Shown: positions 1-12,094 of the stretch, piece by piece
How positions within the stretch are numbered: position 1 is the stretch's first letter
Layout of the letters: every line of letters begins with the position of its first letter
Origin: Isurus oxyrinchus
Taxonomy: Eukaryota
Direction of reading: 5' to 3'
Assembly: GCA_026770705.1 (NCBI GenBank)
Contig: JANJGN010000049.1
Span: 2,604,001 to 2,668,000, forward strand
DNA length: 64,000 nt
Notes under the pieces: model-generated
The model's input: only the letters and a program-made list of their open reading frames with translations
What the model was told of the DNA's origin: nothing
Databases searched by the model: none
Translations under genes and position numbers: made by a program

Positions 1-1280
1 CAATTATTACTGCATTTGGCACTGTCTCTGTTCATATTAAATTAGACGCCGTTTCTATTTCTATTACACTAGGACACGTCTCTAATCATATTAGAGAAGG
101 TCACCTCTCAGTTTCTGTAATTGGCTCAGTCACAGTTGTGTATGCACTGGACGAGGGCCACAATACAGTTGACACTATCTCAGTCATGACTGCAGTGAAG
201 TAGGTCTCGGCTAAAGTTACAATAAGCCATGCCCCAGTTGTCACTGCACTAGAGCTTGTCTCTGGTTATAGAAAAATAGAACATGCTTTTATTTGCATTT
301 AACAAGACTCTATCTCAGCTATTACTCCAGTAGAACCTGCCATGTGTCTATCAAATTGGACTCTATCTCGGGTAATGCTGCACCAATGCATTCCTCCATT
401 CATATCACACAATTCCCTGTTTCTATTGTTATTGTCCAATACCATTACTCTCTTATTGCTGTACTTGTCCATGTCTCTGTTTTTATTAATCTCGTACCTT
501 TGCCGATATTTAGTTCACTAGACACTGCGTCAGATTATATTACAAAGAGCGCTGGATTATGTGAAGCTCCACTAGACTGTGTATCACTTTTCTTATACTG
601 GATCCGGTCTGTGTTATTACTACACTAGGCTGGTTCGTATTAAACAAGGTGCTGTCTCAATTATTACAGCATTCGGCACTGCCTCACTTTTGTTCCACTA
701 ATCGCAGCCCTGCTTATAACACATTCAATCATGTCTGCATTTATATTCTGCTAGACCATTTCAGAACAAGTTACACTAGACACTGTATCAGCCTGTATCA
801 CACACGACCTTGTCTGTCTTTTCAATTAAAATGGATCCTGTCTTTGCAGAGGCTTTGTTTTTGTACCTCTGTCTCTGCTTCTATTCCACTCTCCCTTTCC
901 CTGATTTTACTCCATGAGATCATATCTGTCTCTCTTACACTGGCGGCAGTCTCCGTTATTATGACTTAGGCTCTCTCTAGGAAGCAATTACTCTAGGCCC
1001 TGTGCCTGTAATAACTACCCTATTTCACTTGATATTGATCCAGGCACTGTATTTCTGTCTCTGCTATTATAGCAGTAGACCCTGTTTATGTTAATATAGC
1101 ACTTGTCTCCGTCCCTGTTATTCGTGCACTCGGTCACGTCTTTGCTTAAGTAACAATAGATGTTGTCTCGATTGTTACTGCACTTGTAATGTCTTTGCTT
1201 AAATTGCACTAGGCCCTGTCTCAGTAATTACCACACCAGACTCTGTCTCTGTTGTTATTTCACTTGTCTATGTCTCTATA
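1..1280 (+). repeat. Degenerate tract of the 27-bp satellite family
   Basis: Recurrent CTAG(A/G)CCCTGTCTC(A/T)GT..TAT/TAC units similar to the 40.4-51.2 kb array. Confidence 0.75.
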
Positions 1281-2039
1281 AGGTGGATGTTGAGTTAGAA
1301 ATGGGCCTCTGACTTTGGCCTAAAACGAGAAGTTTCCCATTGACTGGTTGTTCCGCGTAGCTCCTGATATTAATTTTCATTACAGCTAACATAGTTACAT
1401 ATGAGACATCGCCTTTTCTGTGTGTCTGTGTGAAAAGAAATCATGCTGCATCATTCCGCAAAGATAAAAGATTTATCTTCACCAGAATGGTTCAGCTTTT
1501 TTTATTTTCTCTTATTCAACCTGTAACTACAGATCGCCTAATATCATAAATATTTATTGATATTACATTCTGTTGTGTGCTCTTGTTCAGAATTTGATGT
1601 GATACTAACCATTTCTTTGCTAAGACGGGCATGTTTGTCAGCACACTTACTTAATGTCTGTCATCTCTCTACCTGAGACAGAGTCTAACTCACTGAAACT
1701 TATTGAACTCTCTGTCTCCTCTCTCTCTCTGTCTCTGAGAAATTGCACATTCATTTAACTTTCCGATTTTCTAATAACGCTTTTTTGAATAAAAAACTGA
1801 ATAAAGAATAATTCCCCTACATTAACTTCAGTGATAATCTTCAGCCCATCTCCACCCTCAATGAACGTGTTAAATCCCAAAGTGTTCCTGCATTTTAATT
1901 GCAGATAGTTTAATACTGCAACTATTTATTGATAACTATTCGGTTGTTTTCTATTGTTTGCAAAGTGATATCAGGCTGTCCATTTCGTTTCTAAGAATTG
2001 GCTTTGCTGTTCCCAATGATCAGTTAGAAAATTATTTAT

Positions 2040-2540
2040 TATTATTTCACGGGACGTGGGCTTCGTTGGTGAGTCCAACATTTTTCTGCCCATCCCTAAT
2101 TGCCTTTGAGAAGGTGATGGTAGCTGCCTTCTTGAACTGCTACTGTCCATGTGGTGCAGGTACACACAGAGTGCTGTTAGGAAAGGAGATCCAAAATTTT
2201 GACCGAGCGACAGTGAAGGAGCAGCGATAAATTTCCAAGAAGAGATGGTGAGTGACCTGGAAGGAAATTCCAGGTGGTGATGTTCCCATGCATCTGCTGC
2301 CCTTGTCCTTCTAGATGGTAGTGGTCGTGGATTTGGAAGGTGCTGTCGAAGGAGCCTTGATGAGTTCCTGCAGTGCATCTTGTAGGTGGCACACACTGCT
2401 GCTACTGTGTGGTGGTGGTGGAGGAAATGAATGGTGAAGCTGGTAGATGAGCTGTCAACAATTGAGCGACTTTGTGCTGGATGGTGTCGAACTTTTAGTG
2501 TGTTGTTGGATCTGTGCTCACCCAGCCAAGTGGAGATAAG
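2040..2540 (-). mobile_element. LINE 3' fragment (CR1/L2 superfamily, common shark family)
   Basis: Translates YKMHCRNSSRLLRQHLPNPRPLPSRRTRAADAWEHHH, recognised as a shark LINE C-terminus. Related copies lie at 28.3-28.6, 32.3-34.5, 35.15-35.48 and 54.76-54.92 kb. Confidence 0.8.
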
Positions 2541-2589
2541 TGGAGCTGCTGTCAGACCTGCTGAGCTTTCCAGCGTTTTCTGTGTTTTC

Positions 2590-2720
2590 CCCTGGGGTGA
2601 TATTCAGTGAGTTCAGGAAATTGGTATCAGAGGGAATGGAGCTGGGAGAACGGATCCCTGGGGTGATGTTCAGTGAGTTCAGGGAGATGGTATCAGTACG
2701 ACTGAACTGATCAGGAATAC
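2590..2720 (+). repeat. Two-copy 66-bp tandem repeat
   Basis: CCCTGGGGTGAT(A/G)TTCAGTGAGTTCAGG..TGGTATCAG at 2590 and 2656. Confidence 0.8.
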
Positions 2721-4169
2721 GATTCATTATCGAAGCATAAGGGAGAATGACAGGGCTAATGGATTTAACAGAAAAGGTGGAAGTGGAGTGTCAGTGTGTG
2801 TTTACCGGAATAAGGACGTGTATATGCTTAACAGAAAGGGGTGGGGCAGGGCGAGGTGTGGGCTATGTCTGTTTGTGTATTTAACAGAAAATGTTAAAAC
2901 TCAGTATCCGATCGGCCCCAGGGTCTGGGAACAAGCCTCATGTTTATGATTACTTGCTGCAAAACGTTGAACCCCGTCTTTGAGCATTTTCGCAGTTTTG
3001 ACCACCCAGGTATGTCCAAGAGACCTAAAGCTCTGTAATAATTTGCAGGAGTTGTACTTAATAATACATCAGTGCCAGACACGCTTCAGTCCCTGGATAC
3101 GCCCATTGGTTTGTGCTCCTTATTCTGCCTGTGTCATATATCTAGCCTGTGGCATCCCCACCTTCAAAGTGTTTAATCGAACAATGCAGAGGGATCTTTA
3201 CCCTGTTCCTGATCCTCGCTGCACCAACCGTGGGAGTGTTTGATGGGGCATTGTAAAGGGCGTTTTATGCTCCAATTTCCTGTCCTATATCATCCTCCGA
3301 TGAAGCCGAACCCTACAGTTTGGAATTGCCAGACATGTGACTGTGACCGTCCAGAGTGAAATCACCGAGGTGACCCTCCCTGTTCATTCATTCCGCCTCA
3401 GACAATTGCCAGAAACAGAGGTAAATGTCTCCTTACATGGATGGGGCGATGGGTGTAAACAGATCCCAGACAGGAATGGTAAAACTGGGAGAAATGTGCA
3501 ATAGGGAAAATGGAGAGGTGTCGATGGGCCTTTGAGAAAGGAATTCAGCAAAGTCACAGTTAGTTCACTTTTCATTCCAGATTTATTAGTAATTTCAGAG
3601 AATATTTTACAGGAAAGTTTATTTTAAAGTTAACAGAAGTGAATATAATTCCTGAAGTCACGTTGGGAACAGAGCACATGCGCTCTGAGTCCATATGCGC
3701 GCTGAGTTGGTAAACTGTATGTACCACTGGAACATAGATCAGCAAAAGAAAACAGCAGCTCAACGGAAAGGGAAGGGGGCAATAATGAATAAGGAATGAG
3801 AAAAGTTATTTAATTAAAATTGAAATCCTAATTCCAGGGAAATTAGATGCTACAATTACATTACAACCATTACCATTTCGCACATTTCATACAGGATCAC
3901 AGAAATACTGTTTGATGTTCGGTCACAGATTCGGGATCATCAAGAGAACATATTTTAAATTGAAATACAGAGATCTTAATGAACAGATGAGGAAAAGCTA
4001 CGGGGTCCAAATTCAACCGATCACTTGATCTGTAAAAGAGGGAGAAAATAATGAAGCAGATGTTTATGATCTGGTGCATTTTTGTTATAGTCTTTAATTG
4101 TTCAAATATTTAGAAAGTTTTCAAACCGCTTCTGTCAGATTGTAGTGTTAGTGGATTGAATCTTCTCAC

Positions 4170-4297
4170 CTTCACCAGAGTGACGGCAGTGCTGTAGAAA
4201 ATGATCAGGAAGAACAGGACAATGAATGTGGAAGCGGTTGTCCAGATGTTCCCGTTATCGTCCTCATTGTCTTCAATCCAGATGCGATCTGTGGAAT
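4170..4297 (-). CDS. IGHM: IgM transmembrane exon TM1 (DSTDRIWIEDNEDDNGNIWTTASTFIVLFFLIIFYSTAVTLVK)
   Basis: Acceptor ccctgtag|AT, acidic spacer, CART-type TM helix, phase-0 donor AAG|GTGAGA. Confidence 0.95.
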
Positions 4298-4899
4298 CTA
4301 CAGGGATATAACGGAGGAATTTTAATTGCATTCTTATTAATCGAGGGTGTCTTACCCTTTTTTTAATATATTAATTCTATTGTATCTTCCTCAAGCTTTT
4401 GATCTGTTCAGTAATTAAGTTTTCAATGCATATCTGTTAATGAATAAGTGACTCTCAACCATCTCTGTCTGTTACTAACTCCACAGCTGCTCTCACTTTA
4501 CATTTCTCATCCTGCCCCTATTGGAAAACGTGTTTTTATTCCTTCGATGTCAGTTCATTTTGGATGAATTTAGTACGACCTATCACTGGATTATATTATG
4601 GTGGAAATTGCAGGAGGTTTGCTAATTGATAACAATTATTTTCATGATAAGTACTGATAGCTATTAATTCCAAGACTCTGAACTCTGTTAGTTATCTTTT
4701 GTGAATTTTGATCTTGTTTGTTTATTTGTGGTGGTAATGTTCGGCACATAATTAACTTAAATCAGTTTATGATTAAGAACATTGCTTCAGCCTGTCTCCT
4801 GGGTCTTTATGTGCTCCCAGCAATTTTTGGAAGATGTGTCCTTTAAAAAAATAGATTTAAAATATACTTTCGTCTTTAGCCTGGCATTTGCCTTTGTGT

Positions 4900-5863
4900 C
4901 TTTTAAATATTTGCGTATATGTGCACGAGTATCTCTTGCTCTGCCTTTAACTGTGTTTGTGTGCCCTGTTGTATGAGCGTTGATGTGTGTGTTCATGTGG
5001 CATGAGGGTTGATATGCTTATTTATGTGTTGCCCGCCTTTGTGTGTATGTTTGTTCATTTGTAAATGAATGTGTATCAGTGTGTTAATGTGTCTGTATGC
5101 GTTGATGTTTATGTTCACTTATTAATGTCTGTGTTAAAGAGTTTATTTACATCCATGCCTGTTAATATATCTGATATTGTGCCTTCTTATGTTCTATGTT
5201 TGATATGTTAATGATTGTGCCCCCATGAGCGTGTGAGTATGTTGAGGCATGCCATTATGTGTTCTTGGATGTCTCTAGCTTTGTCTTAATGTATGTTTAC
5301 GTGTCTATGTTTACTAAAGCGTGTGTTTATATATGTTTGTTTTAATGTGAGTGCATGGATGTATTCATAGTTGTTTCTTGCTCTATGTTTGTGAAAATGT
5401 TACTGTCAGTTCATCTATTTGTATGTATGCCCGTTTGTCAATTTTTAATGTGTGTGTACAAATGCCTATGCATGTGCACTATTGTGTATGATAGTATGTC
5501 GTTAATTCTATATTGTTGTGCTCGTTGAAGCACAGTAATGGACATGTTCATGTATATACCTACAGGACCTGTCTGAGTCTGTTTATGGGGTTGTGTATAT
5601 CTGTAATTGTGTGTGTTGAGTGCACCCATGCATGTGTGTTTGTGTGTTTGCTCACAATCATTTGCATGTGTGTGACTGTGTGTGCATGTGTGTGAGAGGA
5701 TATCTGCATTTTTAGGTGCCTGCTTGTGTGTGCGTGTGTCTGTCTGTGTGTCTGTTTGTCGAGAGTGAGTGTATATTTCTGAGTGTGAGTTTGCATCTGT
5801 GCATATGTGTTGTGTGTTCCTGTGAGTTGCATGTCTGCATACTTTCTATGTATATGTGTACTC

Positions 5864-5924
<61 letters not shown>

Positions 5925-7105
5925 TATTTGTGAGTATGGGTTTGTTTGTGTGTGTAGGCCTGTGCATGTTTATCATTGTGTGGGTCTGTGTTTGCATGTG
6001 CATTCTTGTGTGCTTGTGTGTGTGGCTATGTGTATATGTGTCTGTGTGCTGGTTTTTTTGTATATGTATGCTTGTGCTTGTGTATGTATGTGTATGTGTG
6101 TGTGCGTGTATGCCTGTCTATGTATCCATGCATGCTTGCACCTGTTTGTGTACGTATGCCTCTTTTACCATGCCTATGTATGAACCTGTGTGTTTGTTNN
6201 NNNNNNNNNNNNNNNNNNNNNNNNNNNNNNNNNNNNNNNNNNNNNNNNNNNNNNNNNNNNNNNNNNNNNNNNNNNNNNNNNNNNNNNNNNNNNNNNNNNN
6301 NNNNNNNNNNNNNNNNNNNNNNNNNNNTGCGGTTCCATGTGTGTTTGTGTGTTTTGATCATGTGACTCAATTTGTTTTTGTGTGTATGCGTCCATGTGTT
6401 TGTGTGTGTGTGTGTGTTTGTGTGAATATGTGTGTGTGGGTTTGTGTATATGCCTGTGTGATTGTGTGTGTGTTTGCATATGTGTGTGTGTGATCTTGTG
6501 TCTGGATGTATGTTTCTCTTTATGATGTATGTGTGCTTCTGTGTGTCTCTGTCTGCCTGTCTGCATGTGTGCCCGAATGTGTGTACCTCTGTTTTGCCTG
6601 TATGCGAGCTCATGTATGCATGTGTGTGTGTGTGTGTGTGTGTGTCTGTAGGTGCATGTGTGTGTGCATGTCTGCTTCAATGTCTGTGGGTTTGTNNNNN
6701 NNNNNNNNNNNNNNNNNNNNNNNNNNNNNNNNNNNNNNNNNNNNNNNNNNNNNNNNNNNNNNNNNNNNNNNNNNNNNNNNNNNNNNNNNNNNNNNNNNNN
6801 NNNNNNNNNNNNNNNNNNNNNNNNTGTGTGTGCTTGTTTACATATGCTTTTGTGTGTGTGTGTGATGCCTCTGTGTCTGGGTGCATGCTTTTGTCTGTCT
6901 GTGTCAATGTCAGTCTGTGTTTCTGTGATTGGGCAAGTGTGCAAGATCCAGTGGGTGGGTGTGTGTGTCTATCTTCCTGCGTGTGTGCACGAATGTGTGT
7001 ATGTTGGTGTATGCCTATATGTATGCTCGTTTATGCATGTGTGTGTGTATCTGTGAGCGTGTGTGTGTGCGCATGTCTGTGTTTGTGTGTGTCTTTCAGA
7101 GTGCA

Positions 7106-7155
<50 letters not shown>

Positions 7156-8740
7156 CGTCGATGTGTGTGCTTGTTTATGTATGTTTGTATGTGTGTGTGT
7201 GTGCCTGTGTATGCGCATGCATGCCTGTGTGCCTCTGTGTCTGTCTGTGTAATTTTGTCTCTCTGTGTCAATGCCAGTCTGTGTTTATCTGTTCGGGCAT
7301 ATGTATATGATCCAGTGGATGTGTGTGTGTGTGTGTGTGCATCTGTCTGCCTGCATGTGTGCCCGAATGTGTGTATATCTGTGTATAACTTTATGCGTGT
7401 TCATATATGCATGTGTTTGTGTGTCAGTAAGTGCATCTGTGTGTGCAAGTCTGTGTCAAAGCCTGTGTGTGTTTGTGTGTGTGTGTTTGGATGTTAGTGT
7501 GTGTGTGGGGATGTGTGTGCTTGTTTATGTATGTGTGTGTGTGTTTATATGTACATCTGTGCCTGTCCGTGTGCTTTTCTCTCACTGTGTTTATGTCCGC
7601 CTTTGTTTATGTGTTCGGGCATGATCCAATGTTGTGTGTGTGTGTTTGTGTGTGGATGTGTTTGCTTGTTTATGTATATGTGTGTGTGTGTGTGCGTGTG
7701 TGTGTGTCTGTCTGCATGTTTTTGTCTGCATGTGTGTATGTCTTCTATGTTGATTTGTTCGAGCATGTGAGCATGATCCAGTGCACGCGGGAGTGTGTGT
7801 GTGTGTGTGTGTGCGTGCGCGTGTGTTTGTGTGTGTGTGTGTTCGTGTGGATGTGTGTGCTTGTTCATGTTTGTGTGTGTGTGCCTGCCTTTGTGTACGT
7901 GTGTGTATGCAATTTGGTTTCAGTGCATGTATGTGTCTCTGTGTGTGTTTGTGAGAGAGGGAGAGAGAGATTTGGTTTCAGATTTGGTGTGTGCCTTTGT
8001 TGTGTGTGCGTGAGTCCGTTTGTGATCTTTTGCCAGGGTGTGTGTGAGAGTGTCTTTGTCTGTGTGTGTGTGTATGTGTGGGTGTTTGGGTGTGTGTATG
8101 TTTTACGTACTATTGTGTGTGCATTTTCCTATCACTGGTTGTGTATGCATGTGTTTGTATCTCTGCGTCGCTGTGTGTATTTGTCTGTGAGAGAGAGAAA
8201 GAGAGAGATCTGGTGTCAGATTGTGTGTGCCTTTGTTGTGTGTGTTTGAGTGTGCATGTGTGTAGGTAATCTTGTGCCAGGGTGTGTGTGAGCCTGTCTT
8301 TGTCTGTATGTGTATATGTGTGTGTGTATGTGTGTGCGTGTGTGTGTGTGTGTGTGTGAGTGTGTGTGCGTGTGTGTGCGTGATCTTGTGCCAGGGTGTG
8401 TGTCTGTCTGTCTTTGCCTGTGTGTATGTGTGCAATGTGTGTTTATGTGTGTATTGTTATGTACTCGTGCACTTGCATTGTTTCTGTCAATGTGTGTGTG
8501 AGTATGTGTGCGTGTTTGTGTGTTTCTGTGTGTGCATGTGAGTCCGTGTGTGTGTGTGTGTGAGTGATCTTGTGCCAGGGCATGTANNNNNNNNNNNNNN
8601 NNNNNNNNNNNNNNNNNNNNNNNNNNNNNNNNNNNNNNNNNNNNNNNNNNNNNNNNNNNNNNNNNNNNNNNNNNNNNNNNNNNNNNNNNNNNNNNNNNNN
8701 NNNNNNNNNNNNNNNNNNNNNNNNNGTGTGTGTGTGTATT
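4900..8740. repeat. Complex (TG)n-rich microsatellite in the Cmu4-TM1 intron, containing three N runs
   Basis: Pure and degenerate TG runs. N runs at 6199-6327, 6696-6824 and 8587-8725. Source of the many spurious CV/HT ORFs. Confidence 0.95.
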
Positions 8741-9703
8741 ATGTTATTGTTTCTCGTATCACTGAGCATCAGTAACGTGGCCTGACAGTGAAGGTATGAT
8801 CGATGGAGAACACAATTCGCCATTCTGTGTATGAACGTGTTTTCTTTGGGGTTCAATGTGACATCAAGCGATAGAATGCAACAATTAAACAGAGGTTCCC
8901 CAGAAACATTAGAAACAGAACCGGAAAAACAGGAAGGATGGAAACAGCAGTTCAGATTTGGATTATGAAAAATCATCGGCAACTTCTGATTTACAAGAAC
9001 AAGAGATTGAAAATCATTTCAAAACATCACGTTGCCATGATTTGCCACAATATGTTTGCCATGATTGAAGATTACAATCTGAGCACAGGAAGCTAGAAGC
9101 CGCCTTGTATCTGAACTCATATCATAGACAGCTGTTCAATTCTACACCCTCTGTGACTGGGACTGGGAGGTTAGTGAGTTAATGTTCCCCTCTCCACTCT
9201 CTCTCGTTGGCTAAACAATTTCCTCTCTGGTTATCTGTGTTGGGGATGTGCAGGTGCATTGCGTAAACCAATGCCCTCCCCCATTTCTATGTTGGCTAAG
9301 TCGAGATAGATTTCACCTTCCCTTGTGACCCTCACTTCAGTTCCAAGTGGGTGCGATGTGGCAACATCCGGCTGGTAGAAGTTTGAATGGATGGACGAAA
9401 AGTGAAGCAGGAACAACGGGATCTGAATGCTGCTACTGTGTGTGCTTGTGCTAAATGGGAAATGGTCAGAATTCACCTCAGCGAGGGGCAAGTTGGTGAA
9501 GTAACTTTACGAAATTCTGTAATGAATGAGCTTTATTCTGTCTCTAAGCCAGGGTCTATCTGAGCTGGGGGCACTGATTGCACAAGACTTGGGTCTGAGA
9601 CCTGTAAATTCCCGACATCAACTAAACAGGCCTAACATTAGCAAAACTGGAAAAATAATTAATTAAGTGGCTGTGTGTTTAATTCACAATTGGAGGAATA
9701 TCC

Positions 9704-9709
9704 TTTATT
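9704..9709 (-). terminator. Polyadenylation signal for the secretory form
   Basis: AATAAA about 37 nt downstream of the secretory stop codon. Confidence 0.8.
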
Positions 9710-9745
9710 ATTTCTACTAAAGTTCGAAAAGTAAGTGATAGATTC

Positions 9746-10137
9746 TCATTGACATGAATTAACGGTGTCCATCAGTGCAAGGGAAATGTTCACAAAACTC
9801 GGTTTACCACTGGATTTATCAACCGTTCTGTTGATGATCTTCAATGGAATGGCTTCATGTCCCACCACACAGGAGTAAGAAGCGCCGCTGGCCCGCTCCT
9901 CCGCTGCAATGGATAACAGGCTGTACATGAAGAAGGTGTTATTGCCGTTCTCCGCCATCACCTCAGTGTTCTTGTAGTTCCCCGGATTCACCGGCTTGTC
10001 ATTGACGGTCCACTTGACGAAGATCTCTTGGGGGGAGAAACCTCTCACTAAGCAGCTGAGGGAGATGAATCTCTGAGCGGAGACATCTTCAGCCGGGGGC
10101 AGGAGGACAGAGACGGACGGTTCCCGCGGATATTTAG
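9746..10137 (-). CDS. IGHM: Cmu4 exon plus secretory tailpiece (..[20 protein letters not shown])
   Basis: Acceptor ttttttgcag|CT. Internal membrane-form donor G|GTAAA after 9808. Tail has an N-glycosylation site and penultimate Cys. TGA at 9748-9746. Confidence 0.96.
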
Positions 10138-10632
10138 CTGCAAAAAATTGACAATAAATGTAAAAAAACTGGAGAATTCCAGGGACAATGACACCGGTGG
10201 TTAGATGTGAGAGAAATGTGTTTTGTTTTGACTTTTCAAGATCTCCATTTTCCACTTTGGGGTCTGACCGGCTTTCTAGCTCGGAGCAGATGTGGATGCA
10301 ATCATTCACTCTGAGAATATGCGGGTTTGGACTGGAAAGATTCATCAGTAACAGTAACAGGCCATTCGGCCGAACAGCTCTGTGCTGGTGTCTGAACTCC
10401 ACACCAAGCTCCTCCCACATTATATAATCAAACCCTGCAGTACAGTTTCTTGTTCATTCACCTAAATATGAATTCACTGCTTAAATGCATCATTTACGGA
10501 CCTAGGGGTTATAGTTAGTGAAATTGCCAATCAGACTTGCTCATTAGTACATTGTGCATTGATTATTGGTTCTCAAACTTACACTGGGAATTTGCACACT
10601 CTCTCACTTATTGATTCATTCTCACCACTCAC

Positions 10633-10941
10633 GTTCTTCCTTGTGGATGGAATTTCTTAAAGGAGTCGGCAGATCCTGATGGCTCACCACACAGTAGAAC
10701 TCAGCCCCACTCAGCCAGGCTTGTGTTGAAATGTTCAGGTGGCTAACCACGCTGTTAGGATCCTCTCCCGGCTGGACAGCAATCTCTGATTTCAAAGGCT
10801 TCTTTTCTTGTGTCCAGGACACGAGGACTCCATAAGGGGCGTTACTCACGCTGCAGGTTTAGATCACTGTCGCCTCCAGTAAGACCTGTGCTATTGGCGG
10901 CGGCTGTAGAGTAATTACGGCGTCGTTGCAGTCGGAAAGTG
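10633..10941 (-). pseudogene. IGHM: Cmu3 exon, inactivated (no AG acceptor, in-frame TAA)
   Basis: Reads (A)[36 protein letters not shown]...[22 protein letters not shown] with TAA at 10861-10859. The 5' end is tttctgcttca|CA with no AG. The donor C|GTGAGT is intact. Confidence 0.9.
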
Positions 10942-11849
10942 TGAAGCAGAAATGAGTGTCAACCAAAACATCATCTTCAGAATGAGAAACCCGGTATACA
11001 GCTTTCATTCTCACGACAGGAATATTTATTTGACCTGCCCCTGCCGTGTTAACGCCTTCATTATTTGAAGGTCAGTGACTTGCAATAATTCCGGGAGACT
11101 CCATAACATTCCCTGGGTATTTCCAGCCAGCGCCACTGGGAATGACTAAACCAAATGCCGGTCCAACAGTGTGAATAAATTCAGGTACAATCGTCTTACA
11201 GACAGAATATCACTCGTCCCGAAATCAAGGAATCAGAGAATGATAGAATGCTAACAGCACAGGAGGAGACCATTCAGCTCTCTATGTCTCTCTGTAAGAA
11301 TAATGTGTGCCTTAACCCCATTTATCCTCCCCGTTCTGTCACGTGCGATAACATTTTCAAAAAAAATAAATGTTAAACTCTTTTTTTGAAATGTCAATTG
11401 AGTCCCAGCCTCAGAAATTCTTGGGGAAAATGAAAGTGATAATATTTCCCAGTGTGAGGAAAACGTTGCCAAAATCACCTTCCTCAGAATTTTCCTATCT
11501 CTAATTTGGAGGACTAAGCATTTTCTCCCTACTTCCAGTTTTATTAATTAACCGAAACACCACAATTCGATCACTCAGTAGACTTTTGTACTCAAAGGGA
11601 GGCAGCCGAGATTATGCAAACTCCAATCAGCGCTGCTCAGACTGAAAACAGCAGCAGAAATAAAGTGCACATCTTTGTCAGGATTGAAGTCGTGGGCAAT
11701 TACCAGTAAAGGCCTGCACACACCGATCCTACTCATAATATGATCAATCAATTTCGGATAAAACTAAAACCAATGACTCATCACTCACTGTCCAACCTTT
11801 GAACAAAATGTCACCGTGTTTTGTGAGTTGATGGAATTCTGGACACCGG

Positions 11850-12050
11850 GGGATTCTGATTCAGAATGAACATGGGTTCAGTCCCCACTCCAGATGTTTG
11901 AACACAAGTGTAGCTGATACCAACAATGTAGTACTGGGTGAGTATTGTATTGTGGGAGGCACCGACTTCAACATCAACTGTTGAGGCCCGTGAATACCTG
12001 CTTTGTCAGTGTGATGTCAAATTTCCCCAAATTCTCCCAAGTTTTGGGTC
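11850..12050 (+). mobile_element. Degenerate Deu-type SINE 5' part; probable 3' part at about 14270-14410, split by a CR1 insertion
   Basis: tgggttcagtccccactccaga...gtagtactgggtgagt... resembles the shark DeuSINE head from memory, and 14270-14410 resembles its tail. Confidence 0.5.
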
Positions 12051-12094
12051 GTCCACAAACCTTTAAACTGTCCCCTGCAAACCAAGATCTAGAT

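Noticed and set aside
5438-8982. Many long Cys/Val- or His/Thr-rich ORFs
   Set aside because: Translations of (TG)n/(CA)n microsatellite, several running through N runs.
10138-10420. N-terminal extension of the 224-aa ORF
   Set aside because: Intronic open frame upstream of the true Cmu4 acceptor at 10137.
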